Shown here piece by piece: positions 39,150 through 51,815 of a stretch of DNA of 64,000 bases (its first letter is position 1; the number at the start of each line of letters is the position of its first letter). The stretch comes from Eledone cirrhosa (Eukaryota). The notes beneath the pieces were generated by a model. That model saw nothing but the letters and a program-made list of their open reading frames with translations. It was not told the origin of the DNA and ran no database searches. The stretch spans positions 408,456,001 to 408,520,000 of the forward strand of contig OZ024740.1 of NCBI GenBank assembly GCA_964016885.1, written 5' to 3'. A program made the position numbers and the translations under genes.

Positions 39150-39660
39150 TACAAAGACATCCACTTGGAAAAACACTGCTGACCCATTGCATGCAAGAAC
39201 CTGATGTATAAGATGTATACAGCCTGTCTAAACCCATTTTGAGCAGCTGTAAAGAAAGGTGTTTGGGGATGTGATGAACAACTCCTAATTAACAAAACTG
39301 CAATGTCAGAAGTGCGACAACTTAAGAGGAATATGGCTACAGTCTGGCTGGACTACAGGAAAGAATTTGTTCTGTTCCCGACTCTTGGATGATAGAGGCC
39401 CTCCGACTTGCTAAAGTCCCAGGCACTATTATCAGAGCCATAGACAAACTTTCTTCTTCTTGGGCTAATATCCCTAAGTTAAAAACAGAGAAGGGGGACT
39501 CTATTTTTACTGTTAAATATAATATCACAGGGTATATTTCAAGGAGACAGTCTCTCTGTGCTGCTATTTATTCTGTCATTAAACCCCTTGTACTTTCTGC
39601 TCAAGAAATGTGAAAGATATATCATTGGCTCACAGGAGGACAGAAATATGAACCTAACCT
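39150..39660 (+). mobile_element. Reverse-transcriptase remnant of an R4/Dong-like non-LTR retrotransposon
   Basis: Peptide pieces GCDEQLLINK..VWLDYRK..W.IEALRLAKVP and GIFQGDSLS.LLFILSLNPL across frames. Confidence 0.65.
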
Positions 39661-39954
39661 AAAGAGTTTTAAACCTTTGCTCAATTTCCGATGGAAGCGT
39701 TTTTATCCTTGGATGTCTATATAAACATATTGTATTTAGATGGATTGAAATGCAAGCTGAAATTAGTTTATGCTGCAGATTTTACAAAGCAAGTGTCCAA
39801 CATCCAGGAAGTCGCAGACATAATACAGGAACTTGAACCAATCAAGCTCTGGCAGAAGTAACAAAATTACTACATCTAGTTCTGACTATACCTGCCACAT
39901 CTGCTTCCTGTGAGAATATTATTATTAATGTTCAATATAACCCATACGTACATA

Positions 39955-40306
<352 letters not shown>

Positions 40307-40490
40307 CGTATGCATACCTACATTTATGTATCAGCTGTGCTAGGACGAGAAATAAAATTCTAATTTTATTTTTAGTTTTCAGCACGGTCAGCAGTAACTC
40401 GCTCGGTATGCAAATGAGGCTATTCAACCGATGTGTACTTAAGAAGATACTATATATTTTCAACCATTCAACAAATTGGCAGAGAGGTAT

Positions 40491-40533
40491 ACAGTCCTGA
40501 TGAAGGGTAATGACCCAGAAACATGTTGATTGT
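40491..40533 (+). ncRNA. Minimal type-I hammerhead ribozyme motif (family 3)
   Basis: Reads ACAGTC-CTGATGA-a-GGGT-aatg-ACCC-a-GAAA-CATG-TT-GATTGT. Palindromic helix III ACATGT; stem I can extend via GAGG/CCTC. Confidence 0.72.
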
Positions 40534-40619
40534 TCCTCAATGCCAGTGTTGAACAAACGGATGACGAGTTGTCATCGGCACGGCACAGCTTTAATCGAAT
40601 TGTTTGTTTACAAACGAAT

Positions 40620-40810
40620 CGATTATCATTATTAATGTTCGATGGATTGGCAGTATATGTAGGGTCGGACACCATGCTTTGGCGCATAGAGTTACGGCCC
40701 TTCCCATTCTGAGTTCAAATCCCGCCGAGTTCATCCTTACGAGGTCGATAAAATAAAGTACCAGTAATGCACTGGGTAATTGCTGGCCTTGTGCCAAAAG
40801 TAGAAACAAT
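40620..40810 (+). mobile_element. SINE family A
   Basis: Family motifs with a small internal deletion. Confidence 0.85.
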
Positions 40811-40854
40811 TATTAATGTTCGATATAACCCATATGTACATATGTATGTGTATA

Positions 40855-40899
<45 letters not shown>

Positions 40900-41220
40900 A
40901 CGTATGCATACTTACATATGTATATATATATGTGTGTGTGTGTGTGTGTATATATATGTGTACGTATGCAGGCAAAAACATGGATACATACACAAAGAAC
41001 ACACAAACGTACGCACCATATATTAATCTATCAGTATTTAGAAATACACGCGTTGACGTGTACAAATATTTTATTTTGGTGAATGGGGCGTGTAACTGAA
41101 TGAAAAGTGTGCACATTGTAGAGCTAACCAAATACGGTAAATACCCAGGGGAACTGGTAAAGCAATAACTTTATTTCGTAAAGATATCGTTTTATTTAAC
41201 AGATGATCAATATCCAAAAG

Positions 41221-41374
41221 CAGACCTGCCAACGGGGTGTACCATGAAAAAAAGTGATACGAAGGGGGCGAGGAATGAGGCAAAATGGGAAGATTTTACA
41301 TAATGAAAGCTAAGCCCATTTTCACAAAGTGGGTGGGAGATCTCGCCGTCTGACGGGGAGAGTTGACAGGTCTG
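41221..41374. mobile_element. 154-bp MITE
   Basis: TIRs CAGACCTGCCAAC / GTTGACAGGTCTG (12 of 13 match); flanks CAAAAG / CAAAAA. Confidence 0.7.
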
Positions 41375-42699
41375 CAAAAACATATACGGATAGTATGGCG
41401 TTATTGAGCGTCGTATAGGATTTTAACGTCTCTAATTGCTGAAACATTAAACACAAATAGCCTCAACAAATACCTCCAAAAAATGACTGTATGTTATAAC
41501 AACTAGAAGAATAGCTACAGCAACCAAAAGAAACCCTTATTAGCTGCGGAAATGGAGAAAACTTTGGAATCGTTTGGAAATGCACTGTAAAGGTAGGCGA
41601 AGGTATGAAACCATCCAAAGCACTGGATTCCCATTCAAGAAAGCAAGAGTTCTACAGAGATTGCAAGTCCTGGCTGCTAAATCAGTAATAGAAGTGCTTC
41701 AGAATAAAACTGCCAACCACTGCCATCGCATATCTGCCTAGTGTTTCAGGCTGGGTACAATCATGATTTAATGGTAATAACAAAGACATGTTTTAACCTT
41801 CTCGAACGTAATGCGCTAAACGCTATCAAATTGGTGTTGATTTCGATTCTCCTAAAGGAAGGAAAAGCAATCTATACAGAGTTTGTTACGGACCATACAC
41901 ATCCACTAGGTTTACAAGTAACTGCAGCCGGTGTTGAAATAGTTTCCAATAACGATATGAAGACATATCTAGGGAGTACAATGAAACAAATGTGCCTAAT
42001 CAACATGGGTTTACTAAAACTTGCCATCATATCTGTTACCAAAAATGTCGATAAAATGATATTTTTCCTGTTAAGAAAGACAGAAAGCAATATTTCTTTT
42101 AAGATGAATGTTGTGTCTTTTTTGCTAATTATGTATTGTTGATTGATAAAAAGACTTTATTGGAAATTAGTATATGCGCTTTTCTTTGTGTTAAATTTCG
42201 AGCAAATCAACGCGTCTGTTCCCCCTTAACTAAAGATTGAGACAGATTGGCAAAATGTAAAAGATATATATCTACAGAGAGAGGGGAGAGAGAGTCTGAT
42301 AGGTTCAAATAAAGATGGAGCCCAATAAAAAAAATGTAAAGAAATTCTTTATAAAGCTACAGTAAGCATTGTATCATGTGTCAGCACTTTAAATACGACA
42401 TATGCTTATGCAGTAGATGTGTACATGTGTTATGAACGATAAGAAATTATTTTTAACCCCCTTTGGTTACATATGTTTTAAAACTATACACTAATAATAA
42501 AATAAAATGCAATGAAACAAATATAGCTTGACTCCTTTGTAGCAGAGAAAATGTGTCGACAACGAAATAAATTACTTTTAGTCGAAGAAATTAGTTCGCT
42601 GGAGTTTTCTTATTGAAACCAAGCGAACCCTTTAAACATTTAATTAAAGGAAATCATTTACTGAAGTTAGAAATTGTCAAACACTTTACATAATGCACC

Positions 42700-43273
42700 A
42701 CTAGATTTATGTCGTTTCAGACATTACTAGATTTATATCATTTCAGACACTTCTAGATTTATGTCGTTTCAGACATTACTAGATTTATGTCGTTTCAGAC
42801 ACTTCTAGAATCATATCATTTCAGACACTACTAGATTTATGTCGTTTCAGACACTTCTAGAATCATGTCGTTTCAGACATTACTAGAATCATGTCGTTTC
42901 AGACACTTCTAGAATCATGTCGTTTCAGACACTTCTAGAATCATGTCATTTCAGACATTACTAGAATCATGTCGTTTCAGACACTTCTAGAATCATGTCG
43001 TTTCAGACACTTCTAGAATCATGTCATTTCAGACATTACTAGAATCATGTCATTTCAGACACTTCTAGAATCATGTCATTTCAGACACTACTAGAATCAT
43101 GTCATTTCAGACACTACTAGAATCATGTCATTTCAGACACTACTAGAATCATGTCATTTCAGACACTTCTAGAATCATGTCATTTCAGACACTTCTAGAA
43201 TCATGTCATTTCAGACACTTCTAGAATCATGTACAGACACTTCTAGAATCATGTCATTTCAGACACTTCTAGA
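42700..43273. repeat. 26-bp minisatellite, about 21 copies
   Basis: Unit CTAGAATCATGTC(G/A)TTTCAGACAC(T)T(T/A). Confidence 0.95.
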
Positions 43274-43355
43274 CATTTTAGTCTCTGCTTCTTTAATTTC
43301 TTGTCACCGAGGAAGATGTGGTGTGCGCCTCAATTTGATAAGTTTAACATGGAAT

Positions 43356-43357
<2 letters not shown>

Positions 43358-43392
<35 letters not shown>

Positions 43393-43415
43393 ACACTCTC
43401 TCTCTCACACACACA

Positions 43416-43501
<86 letters not shown>

Positions 43502-43895
43502 AGACAGAAGGCAATATTTCTTTTAAGATGAATGTTGTGTCATTTTTGCTAATTATGTATTGTTTGTTGATTGATAAAAAGACTTTATTGGAAATTAGTA
43601 TATGCGCTTTTACTATTGGAAATTAGTATATGCGCACGCACACACACACACTCTCTCTTTCTCTCTATCTCTTTCTCACATACACACACTCTCTCTCTCT
43701 TTCTTACACACACACTCTCTCTCTCACACACACACACACTCTCTCTCCCTCTCTCACACACACACTCTCTCTCTCTCTCTCTCTCACACACACATACACA
43801 CACACACTCTCTCTCACTCTCACAAACACTCCCTCTCTCTCACTCTCACAAACACTCCCTCTCTCTCCCTCTTTCTTTCTTTCTCTCTCTCTCTC
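43358..43895. repeat. (CT)n/(CA)n microsatellite blocks
   Basis: Seen directly in the sequence. Confidence 0.9.
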
Positions 43896-44831
43896 AGAAC
43901 CAGAGTTTTAATCTTTAATAAGGTGGATTGAGAACTGGGGAACTCTGTTTTGAGGCTGAGTACTGGAGTAGTAACTCATGTATTTGCAGGAAGAGAAGTG
44001 TAATTCAGCACTCCAAGTTAATGAAACTGTTAAATTTTATAGAGCTACTACCATTTCTTGGAACACCGAGTTGCACCTACATTGCAACAATTACTTATTA
44101 AGACGATGCAGTGTAATTGATGGGACACGAAATATCAAGGTATTGACCATAATCTTACAGATTTTCTTCCTTTGTCACTGTTGTTTATCTCTGGTCGAGC
44201 AGGCGTATGACCAAAAGCATTTCAACCGTGACCATCACACATTTTGTATATCTGAACTTATATTGTCTAGCGTTTCCTTTAAGGTTTTTCAGACAGTACA
44301 AGTATGATTTGAGGGAGATTTAGCTGCTATTTCTGTCAGTTTGAGTAACCACATCGACTCTCACATTAGACGTACAAAGATTATAATCCATACAAGGGAA
44401 ATGCTATCGTGAAAAAGATGGAAGACTTTGCAACTAGTGTAAAAATGAAATCGATGTCTTTCAAAAAACTCAGTCGAGTATGAATATTACATTTTCTTCA
44501 CATCTCTCAGAAATAGTTAAAGCTGGCCCTACTGAGGGATGGCAATTTGATCACATTTACTCATCTCGCCTCGATCAAATGTTCTCAATTCTTAAATTCA
44601 TTCAATGTATTCATTGGTACTCTAACGATCCAAAATGTGTATAAAACAGTTTTTGTTCTTGTTTAGTCTTAGGTCAGATTCAGCTGACAACGATAAAAAT
44701 GTTCCAACAGCAACCATCTTGAGGTTTTTCTAGATTGTATTTATGACTACATTATCCAGTGTGTTTTTTTTTTATTTTATAAAATTGTACGATATGATTT
44801 GAAGGAGATTTGGCTGTTATTTCTAACAGAT

Positions 44832-47680
44832 TGGTGCAAGCTACCTTTCCTGTGGCGCATGGATACGTTCTCCGTACGTTGTTTGGCTCAATTCAGCCAA
44901 TCGCTACCAGCGTAGGGAGATGTATCTCAACTTCCGCCCAGAGGGAAAAATTCCAGCTTCTTTTCGATAAACTTTCTCTTTGCATCTAGATCCCGTGAAG
45001 GTAAACGTCTTTTGATTTCGTTCCTCAAATATTCCAAAATGTAGCTACCGGACTTATCGCAGCCTTGGCTTCTTACTTCAGCCACCTGACCGCGTCTAAA
45101 TTTACAGCATCTTAATTTGTCATGGCATGCCAGCTAAACCTTTGTAATCGGTTTGTAAATAAATTATACATTAAAACATTATAAAGTCGTATGATGCTAT
45201 TTGCCACAACATTGCTTTCAACTGCTTCAATGGTGACTTCTGTGATACAATACACATACACACATATATATCTTCTTATTTACTATCTTCTAAATTGGTG
45301 ACCCCGTCGCGGGAAAATTTTCGAATTATATGGTCCTCTAAAAAAATAAGAAGTAGTATTTAAAAAAAAAAATAGAACAACACGCAAGCTTTCTTGTATT
45401 GCATTGTATCAACACCATGTAAACATTTTCTTGTTGATAACAGCACAGAACATAGTTTAACTTCAATGAACCCGCCTAAGACAACAATTCTTTTAAAAAA
45501 ATTAGCTGTCTTTTATAAAATTACAGCGAGAGGAAAATTTGTTTTTCAATATGGCTACTATCAACATCAACAAGATCATCATCATCAGCAGCAGCAACAC
45601 ATGGGTTAACCAGTAACCAGAAACAGGGAAAAACGATGTGGCACCTTTATAGTATTATCAACGCAACCCACCACACCTTCTCATATTGTTTACTTCAACT
45701 ATTCTATCGTCACTGTCATATTATATCCGTTACAACTGGTGACCCCGTGAAACGAAAACACAGCCTTCTCACGTCTCACTTCTCACAATCTGCTACAACG
45801 GTGACTCGAGATTCGAAACAACAGTCTTCTCGCTACAAACGGTGATCCGAGTCGAAACAACAAGTCTTCTCACCACATAATGGTGAATTCGGCACTTGCA
45901 AATCTTCACAGCTTCACAAAACTTCAGGATTCATCGATGTTTCTAACGTCCGACATGATTTGAACTCACAGCCTTCTCATCGCACTATGGCGTCAGACGT
46001 GACGTGCATATTATTGGTGACTCCAGGCTGGGCATAAATTTCTTTTCAACGCTCGACTTCGATTCTACTGAAGATTTACTGTGACTTCGCTCCGACAGCA
46101 ACAACAACAAGTCTACTAGCTTCCTAGTAAGAACGATAACATTCTTATCCCAAAGAAATTTCAAAGAAAAGAAAAATTGAACTTTTTGTTAAAAAACAAT
46201 TATTTCTTCTTTTTTTTTTACAGGCAATGTTTGAACATTTATTTCTTTTAAACTGTATTATAGGAACATTCATTTTTTTTTCTATCATTGTATATATGAC
46301 TGCACGCACACATTTTCTTTTGCTGTATTACATGCCTGCATATGCACACACATTTCTTTGTCACACACCAACATGTTGTTGTCTATAGTATATGTTCTTC
46401 AAACGTCGTAATATTCTGCGAGATCCCTTTCCACCTGGTTGAGGTACCAAAACATGCTATCGACACATGCAGCTTAATTCACCTGGATTCAAACAGGCCC
46501 CGCAACACGAGAATTGCTAATCGCAGCTGGATCCACTCAGCTTCGCATCTCGTTGCACACTCATCATTCTATAGCATAAAAACCTCAATCTTGCCACTTT
46601 ACCCGACTCACTGGGAAAGCATTCATGGAACTGGACCTGTCACAAATTCCCACCGTTTCTCCGACGGACTCGCCAGAATTACGGGATTACAGCTTCAACT
46701 TCTACCCACCTACAGATTCAACTTGCTTTCTTTTCAAAGCAACTTTAGCCATTTTTTCTGGCTGCCTAGCACTTTCGGCATTTCATCTGGGAGGCCGACA
46801 TTTTCTCGCCTACACAGCATCTCCTGCTATAACAACTATACAGCTCTGGTAAAACATGAACAGCATCATCATTAACAACAGCTACTGGTACAACACTTAC
46901 CATAACAGCTACACAGCTCTGGTACAACACTTACCATAACAGCTACACACAACTAACATTTAATGCAAGAACAGTAAACTTTTGCCCATGTCAGATTTTA
47001 TCCGTTTTCTGTTAGACCCCGGGTGGTCACGTTTAAATAGCAAAACAGCTAGTCATTTGACACAGTGGCTTGACAAGGCCCTTAGCGCCTCACTTTTCTT
47101 CTTGCATGCATTCTTTTGTTCAATTTTTTCATTGATGTGCTCTCTTTCAGCGTTTTCCTGCTGGTAATCAATGCTAATTCAATCTCATGTATCATCTTCC
47201 AGACTAAATAGGGGGTAGTGTAGCAAGCTACCTTTTATGTGGCGCATGGATACATTCTTCATACATTGTTTGGCTCAGTTCAGCCAATCGCTACCAGCGT
47301 AGGGAGATGTATCTCAACTTCCGCCCAGAGGGAAAAATTCCAGCTTCTTTTCGATAAACTTTCTCTTTGCATCTAGATCCCGTGAAGGTAAACATTTTTT
47401 GATTTCGTTCCTCAAATATTCCAAAATGTAGCTACCGGACTTATCGCGCCTTGGCTTCTTACTTCAGCCACCTGACCGCGTCTAAATTTACAGCATCTTA
47501 ATTTGTCATGGCATGCCAGCTAAACCTTTGTAATCGGTTTGTAAATAAATTATATATTAAAACATTATAAAGTCGTATGATGCTATTTGCCACAACATTG
47601 CTTTCAACTGCTTCAATGGTGACTTCTGTGATACAATACACATACGCACATATATATCTTCTTATTTACTATCTTCTAAA
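44832..47680 (+). mobile_element. Non-autonomous (non-coding) LTR retroelement with two ~460-bp LTRs
   Basis: LTRs 44832-45294 and 47219-47680 are near-identical. 4-bp TSD AGAT. PBS TGGTGACCCCG at 45296 (complementary to the tRNA-Trp 3' end). Purine tract AAATAGGGGGTAG precedes the 3' LTR. No gag/pol motifs recognised. Confidence 0.92.
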
Positions 47681-48339
47681 AGATCAACCACGAAAAGTCT
47701 CTTTCATTAGTTTATTGAGCCAGTTCTTTATCAGAGGTTCACAGATTCCAAGACCTATTTGTTACATTAACAGAAGCTATCAATTTGCTGGTAATTGGTC
47801 AGGACGACTAATAGAAATTTCACAAAACGAAGCAAGACTGCTTTCAGTCCTTAGTGAGAGGAAAGAAATGCTTCGCTCAGAATTTAAGGAGGTTGAGGGG
47901 ATGGTTTTAAACGAAGACGTCAAACATACAAGGGTCTTTTCATGACTTCCTGGGGTTTGAACCCTCCAAGAATATAATCAGTTGAATAATTCTCGCCTGC
48001 TCTATCCTTGATATTAAAGGTACTTACTTGTTTATTGGGGTATGAAAGGTAATGTCATCTCTGCATAGATTTGGAATTAAAATGTAGGGAAACGAAACTA
48101 AATGCCTCATTTTAGTCTTGTGTTCAGACTATCGTGTCTGTCAACATTGCTTTTGGTCAAATCAAATATTGGGGCTAATTTATTAATAACGAGGAAAAAG
48201 TGGATAAAGGAGAGCAGAGCGAGAATAATGTAGAACACATAAGTAGAACGGTTCTTAAATATTCTAGCTTCAATGTGACGTACTCTTGTTGTAGTCTAGA
48301 CTAGTGATAATATACTGGATATGTCTATTATTACTGTCA

Positions 48340-48735
48340 GCAGTGGATTGCCAGTATCGGTAGAGGGTCGGACGCCATGCTTTGCAGCAAAGAGTTACGG
48401 CCCTTTATTGTCTAAGTTCAAATCCCGCCGAGGTTAACTTTGCGTTTCATCCTTACGGGGTCGATAAAATAAAGTACCAGTAATGCACTGGGATAATTGC
48501 TGACCTTGTGCCAAAAGTAGAAACAATTATTACTGTCAGCAGAAAGGCGATGAATTGGCTGTATCGGTAGAGCGTCGGACACCCTGCTTCGTGGCATAGA
48601 GTTATGACGGTGTAAGTTCTGAGTCCAAATCCCGCAAAGGTTAACTTTGCCTTTCATCCTTACGGAGTCAATAAAATAAAGTACCAGTAATACACTGGTT
48701 TAATTGCGGGCCTTGAGCCAAAAGTAGAAACAATT
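48340..48735 (+). mobile_element. Tandem pair of family A SINEs
   Basis: Two consecutive copies, each bordered by ATTATTACTGT(C/T)AGCA. Confidence 0.85.
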
Positions 48736-48930
48736 ATTACTGTTAGCATAATTAACGCAGAATATTCTTTGGAAATTTCCCAAATTACATTATTAAGCGG
48801 AAATTATTCCAGAGACTATCAATACTGAAAAACAGAATGTGGCCGATGACATTAATAGTAACAACACGTCCAGCGAAAATTGACATATGTTACTAGTTTG
48901 AGGGAAAACAAAACCTTTAACAAAAACAAT

Positions 48931-49709
48931 TACCACTGTTGCCGGCCTATTGGACGCCCCAATGACATTTTGAGAAAAAAAAGAATTTTAGTACATTTCT
49001 TCATAAATTTATTTTAAATGATTTCATTGTTTTCTCAGAAACTCTTAGTTCGACATCATTTTGCTTATATAAATTGTATTGTATTACTTACAAACTAAAT
49101 TTGTTTAACCATGATTGTCTTCACCCTCCGTTCGGCCTCCCATCTAGGAATCTGGCGTTTTGGGGGCTGGAAAGAATTTTTATATGATACTAGCAGAAAA
49201 ACCACCCTTCGGTTGGTTTTCTTTATCTACTAAATTTCATTATTCTTGATTAAATATAAATAATTTTGTTGCTTATTTTAAGATACACTTCTTTAAAAAT
49301 TTCAAATGTCAACACTTCCGGTTAGCGATCGCTTAAATAAACATTCATATATTTCCGCCACTAATTTTCTCCTAATGCAGTTTATATATAATATCGTCTT
49401 TTTTTAATGGATTACGTTACTGATTACATAAGACAGTGTAACGCAGTCTTCGTTCAATTTCTGTGTATATTGTCAATTACGATTTTATTTGATGTATTTT
49501 CCCTCAAACTAGTAACATATGTCAATTTTCGCTGGACGTGTTGTTACTATTAATGTCATCGGCCACATTCATTATTTATTCAAAGTAATCCAACTTATTT
49601 TACAAACGGGATAAAAAAAATATATTCTGGACGCAGCCCCGCACTCCTTACTTTACTATAGTTTAGATTGGGGGGAGGGGGTAAGTCCAATAGGCCGGCT
49701 AATACGGTA
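48931..49709. mobile_element. TA-flanked Tc1/pogo-type MITE hosting a nested Helitron
   Basis: Inverted termini TACC..GCCGGCCTATTGGAC / GTCCAATAGGCCGGCTAATACGGTA. Confidence 0.7.
49190..49667 (-). mobile_element. Non-autonomous Helitron, copy 1
   Basis: Minus strand a|TCTAAACTATAGTAAAG..., hairpin AAAACCAACCGAAGGGTGGTTTT, then CTGCTAG|t. Confidence 0.85.
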
Positions 49710-50250
49710 TATTGGAAAAATTGTGAGGGACAGTAGCGACTTTCCTTAAGTGATGATTGCATCCAATAAAAGATAAGGTAAAATTATGGGTTACAGACAC
49801 ACCCTTACTTTGTACCCCAATATTAGAACCTTGTAGAGAGCACAGAAATGAAGGACTTAAGACTGATGGTGCAGAGAAAAAGATCCATTTTTTGCAGTTG
49901 TGCTAGCAAGAACTTAAGGACATTTTGCCTATTTAATTTTCCTCTTTTTCAGATTGCTTTCGTATATTTTTCTCATCCAAGTCCCATGTCAATTCTTCTA
50001 CTTGCAAGACTCTTTATTTCGACTTTCATCGTTTTTGGCAGATATTGATTTAATTATTTCTGGTGATGCAGAGTTTTGAACATTGCGTCTTTTGCACTTT
50101 TTATTCACCAAACTCAAAGTAAACATTCCTCTTCTTCAGTCGAATGATACAGGATGTTTGTCTTATTTGTTTGTCTTATGCTAGAAGAGATTTGAATCAT
50201 TCTTGTGTTGATATGACGAAGAATTTTCTGTTAATTTTATCCGAACATTT

Positions 50251-51815
50251 TGTGGGTATGGTGTGGCGTGCGGTGGCCGGAAGCTGGGGAGTGCTCGACC
50301 GGAAGAGTGCTTGACCGGAAGGGTGCTTGGCCGGAAGGGAGCTCGACCGGAAGGGCCAGCAGATCGGCCTCTCTCTAGTGGTGACCAGGAACGGTGTGGA
50401 CGCGAGTTTTGGCAGCTCCCGGTGTTAATGAGTTGGACGCACGTGGAAGAGGAGAAACCAGCAATGGGATTTAGCGGCGCCTATGAAAAGCGGTAAGTGA
50501 GATAGCTTTTTCTAACCACAAGCTATTTCGGCACTAGAAACTGAGATCTGATTGAAAAAAAAAGCTACTGGAAAAACAGAGAGGAGTTTGTTGTTTTTTT
50601 TTTATCACGTACCGCAAGACAAATTAGGATATGGCGACGAGACTACGAACAAGCGAAGCGATTAGGGCATTTACCGGTGAAGGTGATGTTGTCGCTTGGC
50701 TGCGAAAAGTCCGGCTGGTCGCAAGCTTACAGAAGATAGAAGATGTGGCTGGCCTCATGGTGCTGTACCTCGAGGGGGACGCGTTGGTACTCTTCCTTGA
50801 GTTGGATGAACACAGCCAAAGAGATGCGCAAAAGATTGAGAGGCGTATGATGGAAGCGTTCGCAGAGGGACCGTTAGCCGCTTTTGCTAAGCTGGCAAGA
50901 ATTAGATGGAACGGTGAACGCGTTGACATTTTCGCAGCAGAAATACGGCGATTGGCCATGTTGGCTGGATATCTGGTGGAATGCGAACGCACGGTGCGGT
51001 TGGCGTTCATAAATGGTTTTCCAGATGACATAGCGGTGAAACTGCGGCAAGTCCCGGGTTACAAAGAAATGGAAATGTGTTCAGTGGTGGAACAAGCCCG
51101 GATCATAGCAGAAGATGCCAAGAAGAGTGTTGCGGCGATAGCAACTACAGAGGCTCAAGACAGCTGGCAGCGAAATGGTGAAAGGGAGGCAACCACGGCA
51201 CGCGGTCGCCCGCGAACGTTTAGAGGTCGCTGTTTTAGGTGCCAGGGCCTGTTTTAGGTGCACATGGCTAGAGACTGTAGAGAGTCAAGGCCGGAAATAA
51301 TATGCTACCGGTGTAAGCGACCAGGCCACATCGCTACTAACTGCGACTAGGGAAACGATCCAAGAGGAACTACTGCGCCGGTAGTTGCCCCTTACGAGTA
51401 GAGGCGCTGCCCGTGGTGGAAGTCATCGTGAGGGGAAAGCCACAGCGAGCCCTCGTGGACACGGGCTGTACGACGACACTGGTGACCGCGGGGATGGCGC
51501 AGAGGGGGAGAGGGAAGAGCAGCGTAAGGGCAGTCGACGGCAGAAAAATTGAATGCCGAGGTCGCAGCGAGATGGAAATAGCGGTACGGGGAAGGAAAAT
51601 AAGGCTTTCTGCCATCGTAGTTGACAACGAGGTGGATGGGATCGGCGTGGTTATGGGCATGGACGCAATTGGCCGTCTAGGAGGCGTCACAGTGAACAAC
51701 GTCGGTGTGTCGTTTGGCGGCGCTGCATCGGTATGCGCTGTGAGTATGTGACAAGAGAACCAGAAGGCCCACGAGAAGAAATACCCCGCTTACACTGTGC
51801 AGGACAAAGGATGCC
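50251..51815 (+). mobile_element. Truncated Ty3/Gypsy LTR retrotransposon (putative 5' LTR, gag, protease)
   Basis: GC-rich island. TGT..ACA block 50251-50520 with internal GACCGGAAG repeats. gag from 50631 (FTGEGDVVAWL..; knuckles CFRC..HMARDC and CYRCKRPGHIATNC, with premature stops). Protease ALVDTGCTTT in the -1 frame behind GGGAAAC at 51350-56. No RT or integrase. Confidence 0.9.

Noticed and set aside
41741-42142. 133-aa ORF as a host exon
   Set aside because: No recognisable motif or convincing splice sites; may be decayed transposon sequence.
46342-46875. 177-aa ORF inside the LTR element as gag or env
   Set aside because: No recognisable capsid, zinc knuckle or transmembrane pattern; cannot be supported without an HMM search.
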